A stretch of 64,000 nt of DNA from Acidimicrobiia bacterium (GTDB lineage: Bacteria; Actinomycetota; Acidimicrobiia; IMCC26256; PALSA-555): contig SHUY01000001.1 of the NCBI GenBank assembly GCA_009694435.1, positions 345-64,344 of the forward strand. The letters run 5' to 3'. The notes beneath the pieces are model-generated. The model did not search any database and was not told where the DNA came from. It worked only from the letters and a program-made list of their open reading frames with translations. Of the stretch, positions 1 through 7,628 are shown piece after piece. Made by a program: the position numbers and the translations under genes. Every line of letters begins with the position of its first letter. The stretch's first letter is position 1.

Positions 1-185
1 GGCCAGCCCGGCACGAGCCAGCCGGCATCGAACAATGTTCGCTGCCAAGAACGCGCCCAATCAGGGAGGTCGGCACTCGATCGCCGAGGCTGGCTCAGGA
101 CACTTCGCTCAGGAGAGTTAGCGTCAAGCCAAGCAGTCAATTCGGCCCTAAAGGCTTCTTCGATTTTACTGGTCTCTAGTTTCAC
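1..185 (-). CDS. acyl-CoA dehydrogenase, N-terminal fragment (gene runs off the window start)
   Basis: Absent from the ORF track because it is truncated. Minus-strand translation from GTG at 185 gives VKLETSKIEEAFRAELTAWLDANSPE...DWARSWQRTLFDAGWLVPGWP. This resembles the N-terminus of the ACAD at 13760..14923 (AEQAFAGEIRTWL...WGRNWQAQLATDRWVGIHWP). Confidence 0.55.
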   Translation of the reverse strand, partial: MKLETSKIEEAFRAELTAWLDANSPERSVLSQPRRSSADLPDWARSWQRTLFDAGWLVPGW

Positions 186-206
186 GATACAAACGATAGT
201 CAGTTG

Positions 207-1436
207 TCAGCGACGCTGGGTTAACAACATCGCCCCCGCCATCGGACCACCGCCAGCACAAGCCACCGCCACTTCAGGGTTACCGCTTACTTGGCGCTCC
301 CCGCCCTCGTTCCAAAGTTGAACGCAGGCTTCATGGAGAAAACCAAAACCGTGCAGCCGACCGGCCGAGAGTTGACCTCCATGAGTATTCAGTGGAAGTT
401 CACCGTCACGAGCAATACGGCTACCTCCTTCGACGAATGGACCGGACTCCCCTTTCCCGCAAAAACCCATGGCTTCAAGCCACGTCATGGTAATGAAAGA
501 AAATCCGTCGTACATCTCAGCGACCTGAACGTCTTGGGGTTTTAGATCGGTTCGTCCCCACACCTGAGACCCTGCGTCACGAACCGCCATCGTAGAAAGA
601 TCGTCAAATTGGTCCCATGATGGTCGACCGTGTAATGCCGTTCCCAGTGCTTCCACCTGAATAGGCGGCTTGCGCAGATCATCCACTGTGTCTATTCGCG
701 ACACGATCACCGCGGTGCCACCATCACAAGGCACATCACAGTCGTAAAGACTTAGCGGCGTAGAGATCATTCGAACGTTTAGATAGTCGTCCATAGTCAT
801 CGGGTCGCGATAAATGGCGTTGGGGTTAAGGGCAGCATTCTTTCGGGCGTTAATAGCAATTTGTCCCAGCTGCTCTCGAGTCGTTCCGTACTCATGAAAA
901 TGGCGATTGGCCATCATTGCTATCCACATAGCCGCCGATGGAGCCGAGTACGGAAGTAACCATTCCATAAAACCACTAGCGCGATAACTCGAGCCTGGAC
1001 TACCGCCGGGCATAACCGCGGAGCGGCCTTCATTGCCTTGAGCGCTCCCTTCCCACACACTCCGGAAACATAAAACGTGTTTTGCTAATCCCGCCGAAAC
1101 TGCAAGACAAGCGTTAATGACCGCTCCTAGTTGAGACGGCAACTCCATTGACCCAGTCCACCAATTGAGATTTAGCCGCAGCGCGTCGTGCACTTCAGTA
1201 ATTCCCGCTCCCGAAAAACCCAATGGAGCTTCCATGCCTCCGGGGTAAGTCGACAAGCCATCAATGTCGCTAGTGGTCAGGCCCGCGTCACTTACTGCAG
1301 CCAGACACGCATCGAGAGTCAACTCGAGCGGGTCACGATAAAGTCGCCGTCCGATATCGGATTGCCCAGCCCCAGAGATAACTGCGCGTCTCTCACCTAT
1401 TAGGTCAAATGATTCAGAGGAATCCGGTGAACTCAT
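207..1436 (-). CDS. thiolase-like lipid-transfer protein (SCP-x/Ltp type)
   Basis: 409-aa ORF with thiolase-fold hallmarks and a C-terminal HGGQLSAGRLHGFG...GGGP region. Its start overlaps the stop of the upstream DUF35 gene by 4 nt. Confidence 0.8.
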   Translation of the reverse strand: MSSPDSSESFDLIGERRAVISGAGQSDIGRRLYRDPLELTLDACLAAVSDAGLTTSDIDGLSTYPGGMEAPLGFSGAGITEVHDALRLNLNWWTGSMELPSQLGAVINACLAVSAGLAKHVLCFRSVWEGSAQGNEGRSAVMPGGSPGSSYRASGFMEWLLPYSAPSAAMWIAMMANRHFHEYGTTREQLGQIAINARKNAALNPNAIYRDPMTMDDYLNVRMISTPLSLYDCDVPCDGGTAVIVSRIDTVDDLRKPPIQVEALGTALHGRPSWDQFDDLSTMAVRDAGSQVWGRTDLKPQDVQVAEMYDGFSFITMTWLEAMGFCGKGESGPFVEGGSRIARDGELPLNTHGGQLSAGRLHGFGFLHEACVQLWNEGGERQVSGNPEVAVACAGGGPMAGAMLLTQRR

Positions 1437-1864
1437 GGACGCTCACTTTCATCAGGGGTGAACAGCGGAATCCATACTTCTTCATCTTCATGAGCTTCAA
1501 AAATGACTTTTACTGGCATACCGATTTTCACTTCTTCTGGATCGCAGCCAACGATATTGGTGGTTATTCGCAAATCGTCTTGCTCTAGGCAACGAACTAC
1601 TGCCAATACGAAAGGAACTTCAAGACCGGGCATCCACGGCTGGTAGTTGATGGTGAAAGTTAGGATTTCGGCTTTTCCGGAGACTGCTTCAATGACAATA
1701 TTTTTAGAGTGGCACAACGGGCACAACACTGTGGGCGGGTGAAGGTAATAGCCGCAGTCGGCACAGCGCTGAAACCGTAGTTCTCCGTCGCGCCCACCGT
1801 GCCAGTAATGCTCATTACGTTTTCCCACACGGGGAAGAATACGGAACGGGACTTCAGTACTCAT
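1433..1864 (-). CDS. DUF35 Zn-ribbon/OB-fold protein (thiolase partner)
   Basis: 143 aa. It has a four-Cys zinc ribbon CADCGYYLHPPTVLCPLCHS followed by an OB-fold-like region. It is translationally coupled to the genes on both sides. Confidence 0.8.
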   Translation of the reverse strand: MSTEVPFRILPRVGKRNEHYWHGGRDGELRFQRCADCGYYLHPPTVLCPLCHSKNIVIEAVSGKAEILTFTINYQPWMPGLEVPFVLAVVRCLEQDDLRITTNIVGCDPEEVKIGMPVKVIFEAHEDEEVWIPLFTPDESERP

Positions 1865-2214
1865 TGGTTTTCTTCTTCGTCAACATCAGCAGCATTAGAA
1901 AATCCTTCTCGAGCAAACGGGATTGCTTCAGCGGCGGGAAGTAAACCGAAGCCCGGAACAGTTAGCATCACTGAGCCCAAAACTTCATCCCACGATGCGC
2001 CGACCTCTCGGGCCAAACCCGCATGGCGTGCCACTCCTTCACCGTTACGCAAAATAACTCCACACGCCAAACGAATTAATTCATGAGTTTTACGATCGGG
2101 GGCAGACAAGGAATCGACTTGAGCCATCCACGCGCTTTGTGCTTCATGAAGCGCGGGAAACACTTCGTGGATGGGTTCCTCGAAAGGAAAGTTCCAGTCG
2201 GATTGGGTGCTCAA
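1861..2214 (-). CDS. carboxymuconolactone decarboxylase (AhpD-like) family protein
   Basis: 117 aa with CMD-like helices (HELIRLACGVILRNGEGVARH). The canonical CxxC of AhpD is absent. The start is TTG, so the start is uncertain. Confidence 0.6.
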   Translation of the reverse strand: MSTQSDWNFPFEEPIHEVFPALHEAQSAWMAQVDSLSAPDRKTHELIRLACGVILRNGEGVARHAGLAREVGASWDEVLGSVMLTVPGFGLLPAAEAIPFAREGFSNAADVDEEENQ

Positions 2215-2265
2215 GTCAGGGTCTCGCTTTCCGGATTAGGGCGTGGTGGCAGCGTGGCCGTTAAC

Positions 2266-2279
2266 TGACGCTGCTGTCA
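2266..2279. promoter_or_regulatory. TGAC-N6-GTCA palindrome (candidate operator), copy 1
   Basis: TGACGCTGCTGTCA lies in the divergent intergenic region between the CMD gene (start 2214, minus) and the isochorismatase-family gene (start 2357, plus). Confidence 0.45.
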
Positions 2280-2356
2280 ATTTAACCGTAGCGGCTTTCC
2301 CCCGCCTCGGATCCAAGGACCCGACCGAGTAAAGCCTGGAGCCTATTGTTTTACCC

Positions 2357-2995
2357 GTGGCTCATGATTTTTCCGCAATGTTCATCCCCTCCCAATGTGC
2401 CGTTTTGACCATGGAATTACAAAACGGAGTCGTGGGTGAAAGCGCAACCATTGGCGATCTGGCCCAAGAGGTAAACCGAGTCGGAGTTATTAGCAATACC
2501 GCGCGAGTGTTAGCCAGCGCTCGTAAGGCCAAGGCCACCGTCGTTCATTGTCTGGCCGAGTTCAATGTCGACCGTAAACTTATGCGCGCGAATGCGCCTT
2601 TGTTAAGAATGATCGCTCGATCCGACCCCCACCTAATTGCTGGCAGTAGCGAAGTTGCCCTAGTGGCCGAACTAGGACCGGAACCAACTGATTTAATTTC
2701 ATCGCGCCAGCACGGCTTGACTCCATTCCCAGGAACAGACCTCGATCAAATACTTAGTGCTAGATCGATAAAGACAATCGTCGCTACTGGAGTTTCGGTC
2801 AACATCGGAATTACCGGACTCGCCATGGTGGCAGTTGACTTGGGTTATCAAGTCGTTTTGGTAACTGACGCAGTGGCGGGAGTGCCGCATAAATATAGCG
2901 AATCGGTAATTGAAAACACATTGAAACCCCTTTGCACTTGCCTCACCACCGAAGAAGTAGTTGGGTACTTCGAAGGGCAGACCCGAGACGCGTAG
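2357..2995 (+). CDS. isochorismatase-family hydrolase
   Basis: 212 aa with the family pattern ...TIVATGVSVNIGITGLAMVAVDLGYQVVLVTDAVAG. The usual nucleophile Cys position reads Gly (VNIGIT). GTG start. Confidence 0.75.
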   Translation: MAHDFSAMFIPSQCAVLTMELQNGVVGESATIGDLAQEVNRVGVISNTARVLASARKAKATVVHCLAEFNVDRKLMRANAPLLRMIARSDPHLIAGSSEVALVAELGPEPTDLISSRQHGLTPFPGTDLDQILSARSIKTIVATGVSVNIGITGLAMVAVDLGYQVVLVTDAVAGVPHKYSESVIENTLKPLCTCLTTEEVVGYFEGQTRDA

Positions 2996-3002
2996 GGGTT
3001 AT

Positions 3003-3077
3003 TGGAGGCGGCGGCGGGAATCGAACCCGCGTCCAGGGTTTTGCAGACCCTTGCCTGAACCACTCGGCTACGCCGCC
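3003..3077 (-). tRNA. tRNA-Cys (anticodon GCA)
   Basis: The reverse complement GGCGGCGTAGCCGAGTGGTTCAGGCAAGGGTCTGCAAAACCCTGGACGCGGGTTCGATTCCCGCCGCCGCCTCCA folds as a cloverleaf. It has a 7-bp acceptor stem, the anticodon stem-loop AGGGT-CTGCAAA-ACCCT, the T-arm GCGGG-TTCGATT-CCCGC and an encoded CCA. Confidence 0.95.
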
Positions 3078-3153
3078 AAGAATAAGCGTGAATTAATAGA
3101 GTACCGGCAGACGTGTTCCTCGCCTTCGCTTCGGTCGCCTAATATCACCAGTC

Positions 3154-4545
3154 GTGATCTCTAGCATCAATATTCTGGCGGTAGGAGCCTCGGGCCCAGA
3201 CTGGCGCCTAGACCGAGCAGAGATAAACGCGGGTTGGGGTAGCTCGGGCGGAAAAGGCCAAGTCGCCGTATGCGCCCCAGACGAAGACGCCCTCACTCTT
3301 GGGGTCCAAGCCGCACTAAGAGCACTCGATGCCTCTGGTCTTCAAATTGACATCGTTGACGGTCTCTGGTGGGGAACTAGTCGTCCTCCGTTTGCTGAAG
3401 GACCCAGCCACGCAATAATGGCGCGCGCCATTGGACTTTCAGCGCGATCTGCGGGCGCGCTTTGTTCGGGTTCAACCCACTCCGGAATGGAAGCATTGTT
3501 CGGAGCGGCCGACGCAATTGGTTCCGGTACGGCGCGAGTTGCCTTGGTGGTTGTTTCTGACGCGCTCATTCCCGGCCTCGGAACAAATTACGAAACCCAT
3601 TCGGGAGCGGGAGCGGCCGCGGTGGTCCTCGTGTCCCACGGAGGAAACGCCACTTTAGGAGCAAGAGTTACCCGAACCAATCCTTATCTCGATCGCTATC
3701 GAGGCGACGGAGAAACTTCTACTCGAGATTTTTACGACCCTCGCTTGTTTCGAGAAGAGATATTTCTTCCTTCAATGCAAGAAATCGGAGAACACCTAAG
3801 CGTGCGGGACATAAACAACTGGTCAATCCCTGATCCTGATGGTCGCCTTGGATCTACCGCGGCCCGCCAACTCGGAGTTAAAAATCTTGTCTCAGATTTC
3901 GCCAACACCGAACTCGGTGACACTGGAGCCGCCGCGGCTCTTCTAGGTGGCATTGGTTCACTTGATGTCGCGGGATCGCTGGCCATTATCGGCACTGGTG
4001 GTGGCCGAACAAGCGCGGTAGAGATTAAAGCCAAAGGACCAGTACCCGGAGCGAGTGAAGTGAGGGGGGATATTTCGGGGGGAACTTCAGTTAGGTATAC
4101 CGCCGTAGCCCGAGCCCGAGGTCAACTAGTTGGTTCGGGAGAAACGGTTCCGATGGGAGTCCCGCCCCAAAGTGCACAGTTTGTGCGCGGTGGAGACGAA
4201 ATGCTCACTTTATTAGGCGCTCGCTGCGTTGACTGCGGAACTATTAATACCCCTCCCTCTATTCACCCTCACTGTATTTCTTGTGGAGGAACAAAATTCG
4301 TGCTTGAGCAATTGTCCCGCCGAGGACGAGTCCACACTTTTGTTATTAATCAAACCATGCCCGCCCCTTTCGTGGCTCCGTTACCCATAGCAGTAGTTGA
4401 TCTTGAAGACGGCGCTCGCATCATGCTGCAAGGAGTGGGCGACGGGTCTGATATGGAAATCGGAATGGACGTTGAATTGATATTGCGCCGTTACGCCCAC
4501 GAACGCGGAGTTCCGGTTTACGGATACAAGGTAAAAGCCCTATGA
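3154..4545 (+). CDS. HMG-CoA-synthase-like (thiolase-fold) domain fused to a C-terminal DUF35 Zn-ribbon/OB-fold domain
   Basis: 463 aa. The N-terminus follows the archaeal HMGCS pattern (PDEDALTLGVQAA, LCSGSTHSGMEAL, SGAGAAAVVL). The C-terminus has the ribbon CVDCGTINTPPSIHPHCISCGG plus an OB-fold. GTG start, with a 4-nt overlap to the thiolase gene. Confidence 0.7.
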   Translation: MISSINILAVGASGPDWRLDRAEINAGWGSSGGKGQVAVCAPDEDALTLGVQAALRALDASGLQIDIVDGLWWGTSRPPFAEGPSHAIMARAIGLSARSAGALCSGSTHSGMEALFGAADAIGSGTARVALVVVSDALIPGLGTNYETHSGAGAAAVVLVSHGGNATLGARVTRTNPYLDRYRGDGETSTRDFYDPRLFREEIFLPSMQEIGEHLSVRDINNWSIPDPDGRLGSTAARQLGVKNLVSDFANTELGDTGAAAALLGGIGSLDVAGSLAIIGTGGGRTSAVEIKAKGPVPGASEVRGDISGGTSVRYTAVARARGQLVGSGETVPMGVPPQSAQFVRGGDEMLTLLGARCVDCGTINTPPSIHPHCISCGGTKFVLEQLSRRGRVHTFVINQTMPAPFVAPLPIAVVDLEDGARIMLQGVGDGSDMEIGMDVELILRRYAHERGVPVYGYKVKAL

Positions 4546-5726
4546 GTTGGAATCGCGTCGCGGTAGTAGGCGGTGGCCTAATAAAATTTGGAGAATTATT
4601 TGAACAAAGTTATGAGCAGATGGCCGCTGGAGCCTTTGCCGCCGCGGTGGAAAGCGTCGACGAAGGCTTCGAACCGACTCAGGTCGAAGCGGCGTTTGTC
4701 GCCACCCAGCGCGGCACCCTTTGGGGCCAAGAGGGAATAGGGGGAAATACCATTCCGAGCGCTATCGGTCTTCCCGGAATCGCCTGTACCCGAATCGAAA
4801 ACGCGTGTCCCTCAGGATCTGATGCATTTCGTATTGGAGCGATGGCCGTGGCTAGCGGAGTCCACGACGTTGTTCTCGTTATCGGAGTAGAAAAAATGCG
4901 CGATAAATCAGCCGAGGAAGGGCTGTTGGCTCGAGCCGCCGCGGGACACCCAATTTTCACTCGGGGAGAAACTGCGCCCGTTCTTTTTGCTCCATTCGCC
5001 ACTCGCCATATGCACGAATTCGGAACCACTCGAGAGATGCTGGCTTCAGTAGCGGTAAAAAATCATCACAACGGCGCACTCGATCCTTACGCTCACTTTC
5101 AAAACGAAATAACTATTGAAAACGTCATCAACTCCCCCGCAGTTTGTTCTCCTCTTCACTTGCTTGATTGCTGCCCGCAGACCGACGGAGCCGCCGCAGT
5201 TCTTCTAGTCAGCGCGGAAATAGCCAAGCGTTACACTAAAAATCCAGTCTGGGTCGCAGGGTTCGGTGTAGCTACTGACCACCCCTATCTGCACGAAAAA
5301 TCAACTTTCACTTCCATGCAGGCCACCGAGATGGCAGCAGAACGGGCTTACGCCATGGCCGGCATTGGGCCGAACGATATCGATTGTGCTGAAGTCCACG
5401 ACTGTTTCACTATTACCGAAATTCTTGATATCGAAGACCTTGGTTTTGTGGAAAAAGGCAAGGGAGGTGTGGCTTCGTTGGAAGGAGACACCTCTTTGAC
5501 GGGACGGATCCCGATCAACACTTCGGGTGGGTTGCTCGCTAAAGGCCACCCCATTGGTGCTACTGGAGTAGCGCAAATGGTTGAGTGCTGGTGGCAGTTG
5601 CGAGGCGAAGCACAAGATCGCCAAGTCGCAACGCCTAACGGTTACGCCCTTCAACATAACGTTGGTGGCCGAGGATCAGGAGTTTCGGTAGTAAATATTC
5701 TCACCAATAAGCGCTCCCCGAAATGA
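4542..5726 (+). CDS. thiolase (archaeal/SCP-x-type acetyl-CoA C-acyltransferase family)
   Basis: 394 aa. Active-site Cys context IENACPSGSDAF, then GVEKM, HPIGATGV and NVGG. Confidence 0.85.
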   Translation: MSWNRVAVVGGGLIKFGELFEQSYEQMAAGAFAAAVESVDEGFEPTQVEAAFVATQRGTLWGQEGIGGNTIPSAIGLPGIACTRIENACPSGSDAFRIGAMAVASGVHDVVLVIGVEKMRDKSAEEGLLARAAAGHPIFTRGETAPVLFAPFATRHMHEFGTTREMLASVAVKNHHNGALDPYAHFQNEITIENVINSPAVCSPLHLLDCCPQTDGAAAVLLVSAEIAKRYTKNPVWVAGFGVATDHPYLHEKSTFTSMQATEMAAERAYAMAGIGPNDIDCAEVHDCFTITEILDIEDLGFVEKGKGGVASLEGDTSLTGRIPINTSGGLLAKGHPIGATGVAQMVECWWQLRGEAQDRQVATPNGYALQHNVGGRGSGVSVVNILTNKRSPK

Positions 5727-5736
5727 GCGAGTATCG

Positions 5737-6528
5737 ATGATTCGCTACGAAGTCGCCGATGGCGTTGGGGTAATTACCCTTGACCGGCCCGAATTTAAAA
5801 ATGCTCTTACGATTGAGATGCGCGACGACATCTTGGCGGCGGTGCGTTCGGCTAGATCTGATGCCAATGTGCGAGCACTATTAATAACCGGTGCTGGCGA
5901 TGCATTTTGTGCAGGAATGGACTTAAGTGCGTCCACGGTAGCCACCGCGTCTGAGCCGGGATACGAACCCCGTAGTACCAGCGAAGCTCTGCGTATTGGG
6001 GTACAGGCATTTATTCGCGAACTCTGGGATCTTGATAAGCCCACCGTGGCCGCGGTTAACGGAGCTGCGGTCGGCCCCGGAGCCCATCTCGCTTTGGCGT
6101 GCGACTTCGTGATCGTTCATGAAAAAACCCGCTTTATTTGGTCATTCGCTAAATGGGGTTTAGTGGTCGACGCCGGCGGTGCTTACCTTCTACCTCGTTT
6201 AGTGGGACTACCTCGAGCTAAGGCCATGGTTCTACTCGGTGAAGGGGCGGTTGGCCAAGAAGCCGTTGACCTCGGACTCGCCTACCGATGTGTCGCGACT
6301 TCGGATCTGACCAACGAAGCGAAGGCGCTCGCGACGCGCTTGGCTGCCGGCCCCACCCGGTCACTAGGTCTGTCAAAATCCTTGCTCAACGCTTCGTTTG
6401 AGACCGACCTCGCTCATTGTCTTGACCAGGAGGGCGCTTACCAATCACTAGCCGCCACTTCGGTTGATCTAGCCGAAGGCATGGCTGCATTTAAAGAAAA
6501 GCGCGACCCCAAATTCACCGGTCGTTGA
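5737..6528 (+). CDS. enoyl-CoA hydratase/isomerase (crotonase family)
   Basis: 263 aa with LDRPEFKNALT, LITGAGDAFCAGMDL and FKEKRDPKFTG, which are typical crotonase motifs. Confidence 0.9.
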   Translation: MIRYEVADGVGVITLDRPEFKNALTIEMRDDILAAVRSARSDANVRALLITGAGDAFCAGMDLSASTVATASEPGYEPRSTSEALRIGVQAFIRELWDLDKPTVAAVNGAAVGPGAHLALACDFVIVHEKTRFIWSFAKWGLVVDAGGAYLLPRLVGLPRAKAMVLLGEGAVGQEAVDLGLAYRCVATSDLTNEAKALATRLAAGPTRSLGLSKSLLNASFETDLAHCLDQEGAYQSLAATSVDLAEGMAAFKEKRDPKFTGR

Positions 6529-6611
6529 GTTTGGTTATTTTTGACTAAAACGACTAAAACATTGTTTGAGAAAATATTTTAATAACTATCAACTATTACC
6601 AGAGGAGCGTA

Positions 6612-7526
6612 ATGGGTTTGTTCGACGGAAAAGTAGTAATTGTCACTGGAGCTGGGCGCGGCATTGGGCGAGAAGAAGCGCTGATGTTTGCGCGCGGTGG
6701 AGCTTCGGTCATCGTCAATGATTTGGGTGGTGCTCGTACCGGTGAAGGATCAGATGTGGGCCCAGCCCAACAAGTAGTAGAAGAAATTATGGCCGAAGGT
6801 GGGAAAGCTCAAGCTAATACTGACGACATTGCCACTTGGGTCGGGGGAGAACAAATTGTTGCTCAAGCAGTAGAGACTTTTGGTGGCCTTGATATTTTGA
6901 TCAACAACGCGGGAATCTTGCGGGACAAGATGAGTTTCAATATGACCGAAGAGGAATGGGATTCGGTTATCGCGGTCCATCTTAAGGGGCACTTTGCTCC
7001 CGCGCGATTTGCCGCCGCCTACTGGAGACAAAAAAGTAAAGATTCTGGCGAATCGGTTAACGCAAAAATAGTTAATACTTCGTCTGAATCTGGTCTCTAC
7101 GGAAACGCGGGCCAAGCAAACTACGCCGCGGCTAAGGCGGGCATAGCTTCGATGACAATCGTTCTCGCGCGCGAACTCGAACGCTTTGGAGTAAGAGTTA
7201 ACGCTATTGCCCCCGTGGCTCTAACCCGGCTCACCGAAGACCTCATGGGTGGGGTGGTAGACGACACCGCGGCCAAGGCTTCTCTCGATCCCGCCAATGT
7301 CGCCGCCGCGGTTGGCTGGTTGGCCTCGGATCTATCCGACGGAGTCAACGGCCAAGTCGTCAAAATCGGCGGTGGGGTTTGCCAAATCGTCGAAGGCTGG
7401 CGACCGGTGAGCGAGCTCAAGAGCGATGTTCCCTTCACTATCGAATCCATTGCCGCAGGACGAGAAACCTTATTTAAAGCGTCAGATCCGGGCATTCCTC
7501 CGTTCTTGCTTCAAATAGAGCGCTAA
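6612..7526 (+). CDS. short-chain dehydrogenase/reductase, MFE-2-like roughly 300-aa type
   Basis: TGAGRGIGRE Rossmann motif, NNAG, and the YAAAK catalytic Tyr/Lys. RBS AGAGGAG upstream. It is a paralogue of 18938..19840. Confidence 0.85.
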   Translation: MGLFDGKVVIVTGAGRGIGREEALMFARGGASVIVNDLGGARTGEGSDVGPAQQVVEEIMAEGGKAQANTDDIATWVGGEQIVAQAVETFGGLDILINNAGILRDKMSFNMTEEEWDSVIAVHLKGHFAPARFAAAYWRQKSKDSGESVNAKIVNTSSESGLYGNAGQANYAAAKAGIASMTIVLARELERFGVRVNAIAPVALTRLTEDLMGGVVDDTAAKASLDPANVAAAVGWLASDLSDGVNGQVVKIGGGVCQIVEGWRPVSELKSDVPFTIESIAAGRETLFKASDPGIPPFLLQIER

Positions 7527-7575
7527 CGCCAAAGGTCGCTACGAGCGCGGCTCGGTTCGTCAGCGGATACGCTAC

Positions 7576-7595
7576 ACCTGACGCTAACGTCAGGT
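7576..7595. promoter_or_regulatory. TGAC-N6-GTCA palindrome, copy 2 (extended perfect 8-bp arms ACCTGACG-CTAA-CGTCAGGT)
   Basis: Read directly from the sequence. It lies between the SDR stop (7526) and the hydantoinase B gene, and is followed by TTTATT. Confidence 0.5.
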
Positions 7596-7628
7596 TTATT
7601 GACCGTCAATCCGCAAAGGGGGCCCGCA

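Noticed and set aside
1861-2214. The CMD/AhpD-like gene as a second Sec/Cys redox candidate.
   Set aside because: It has no in-frame TGA, and the CxxC position of AhpD-like proteins is not Cys here (NGEGVARH).
2996-3153. tRNA-Cys as the attachment site of a genomic island carrying part of the catabolic cluster.
   Set aside because: The window holds no integrase, excisionase or transposase. I saw no direct repeat of the tRNA 3' end and no obvious compositional break on either side.
2848-3296. Small ORFs 2848..3063, 2961..3164 and 3093..3296 around the tRNA.
   Set aside because: They overlap tRNA-Cys and the ends of the flanking genes and have no coding features.
7576-7595. Treating all the TGAC-N6-GTCA palindromes as ordinary intrinsic terminators.
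   Set aside because: Only this copy is followed by a T-rich run. The copies at 2266, 20286 and 27371 lie in divergent 5' regions where no transcript ends. A DNA operator explains the set better, although this copy could do both.
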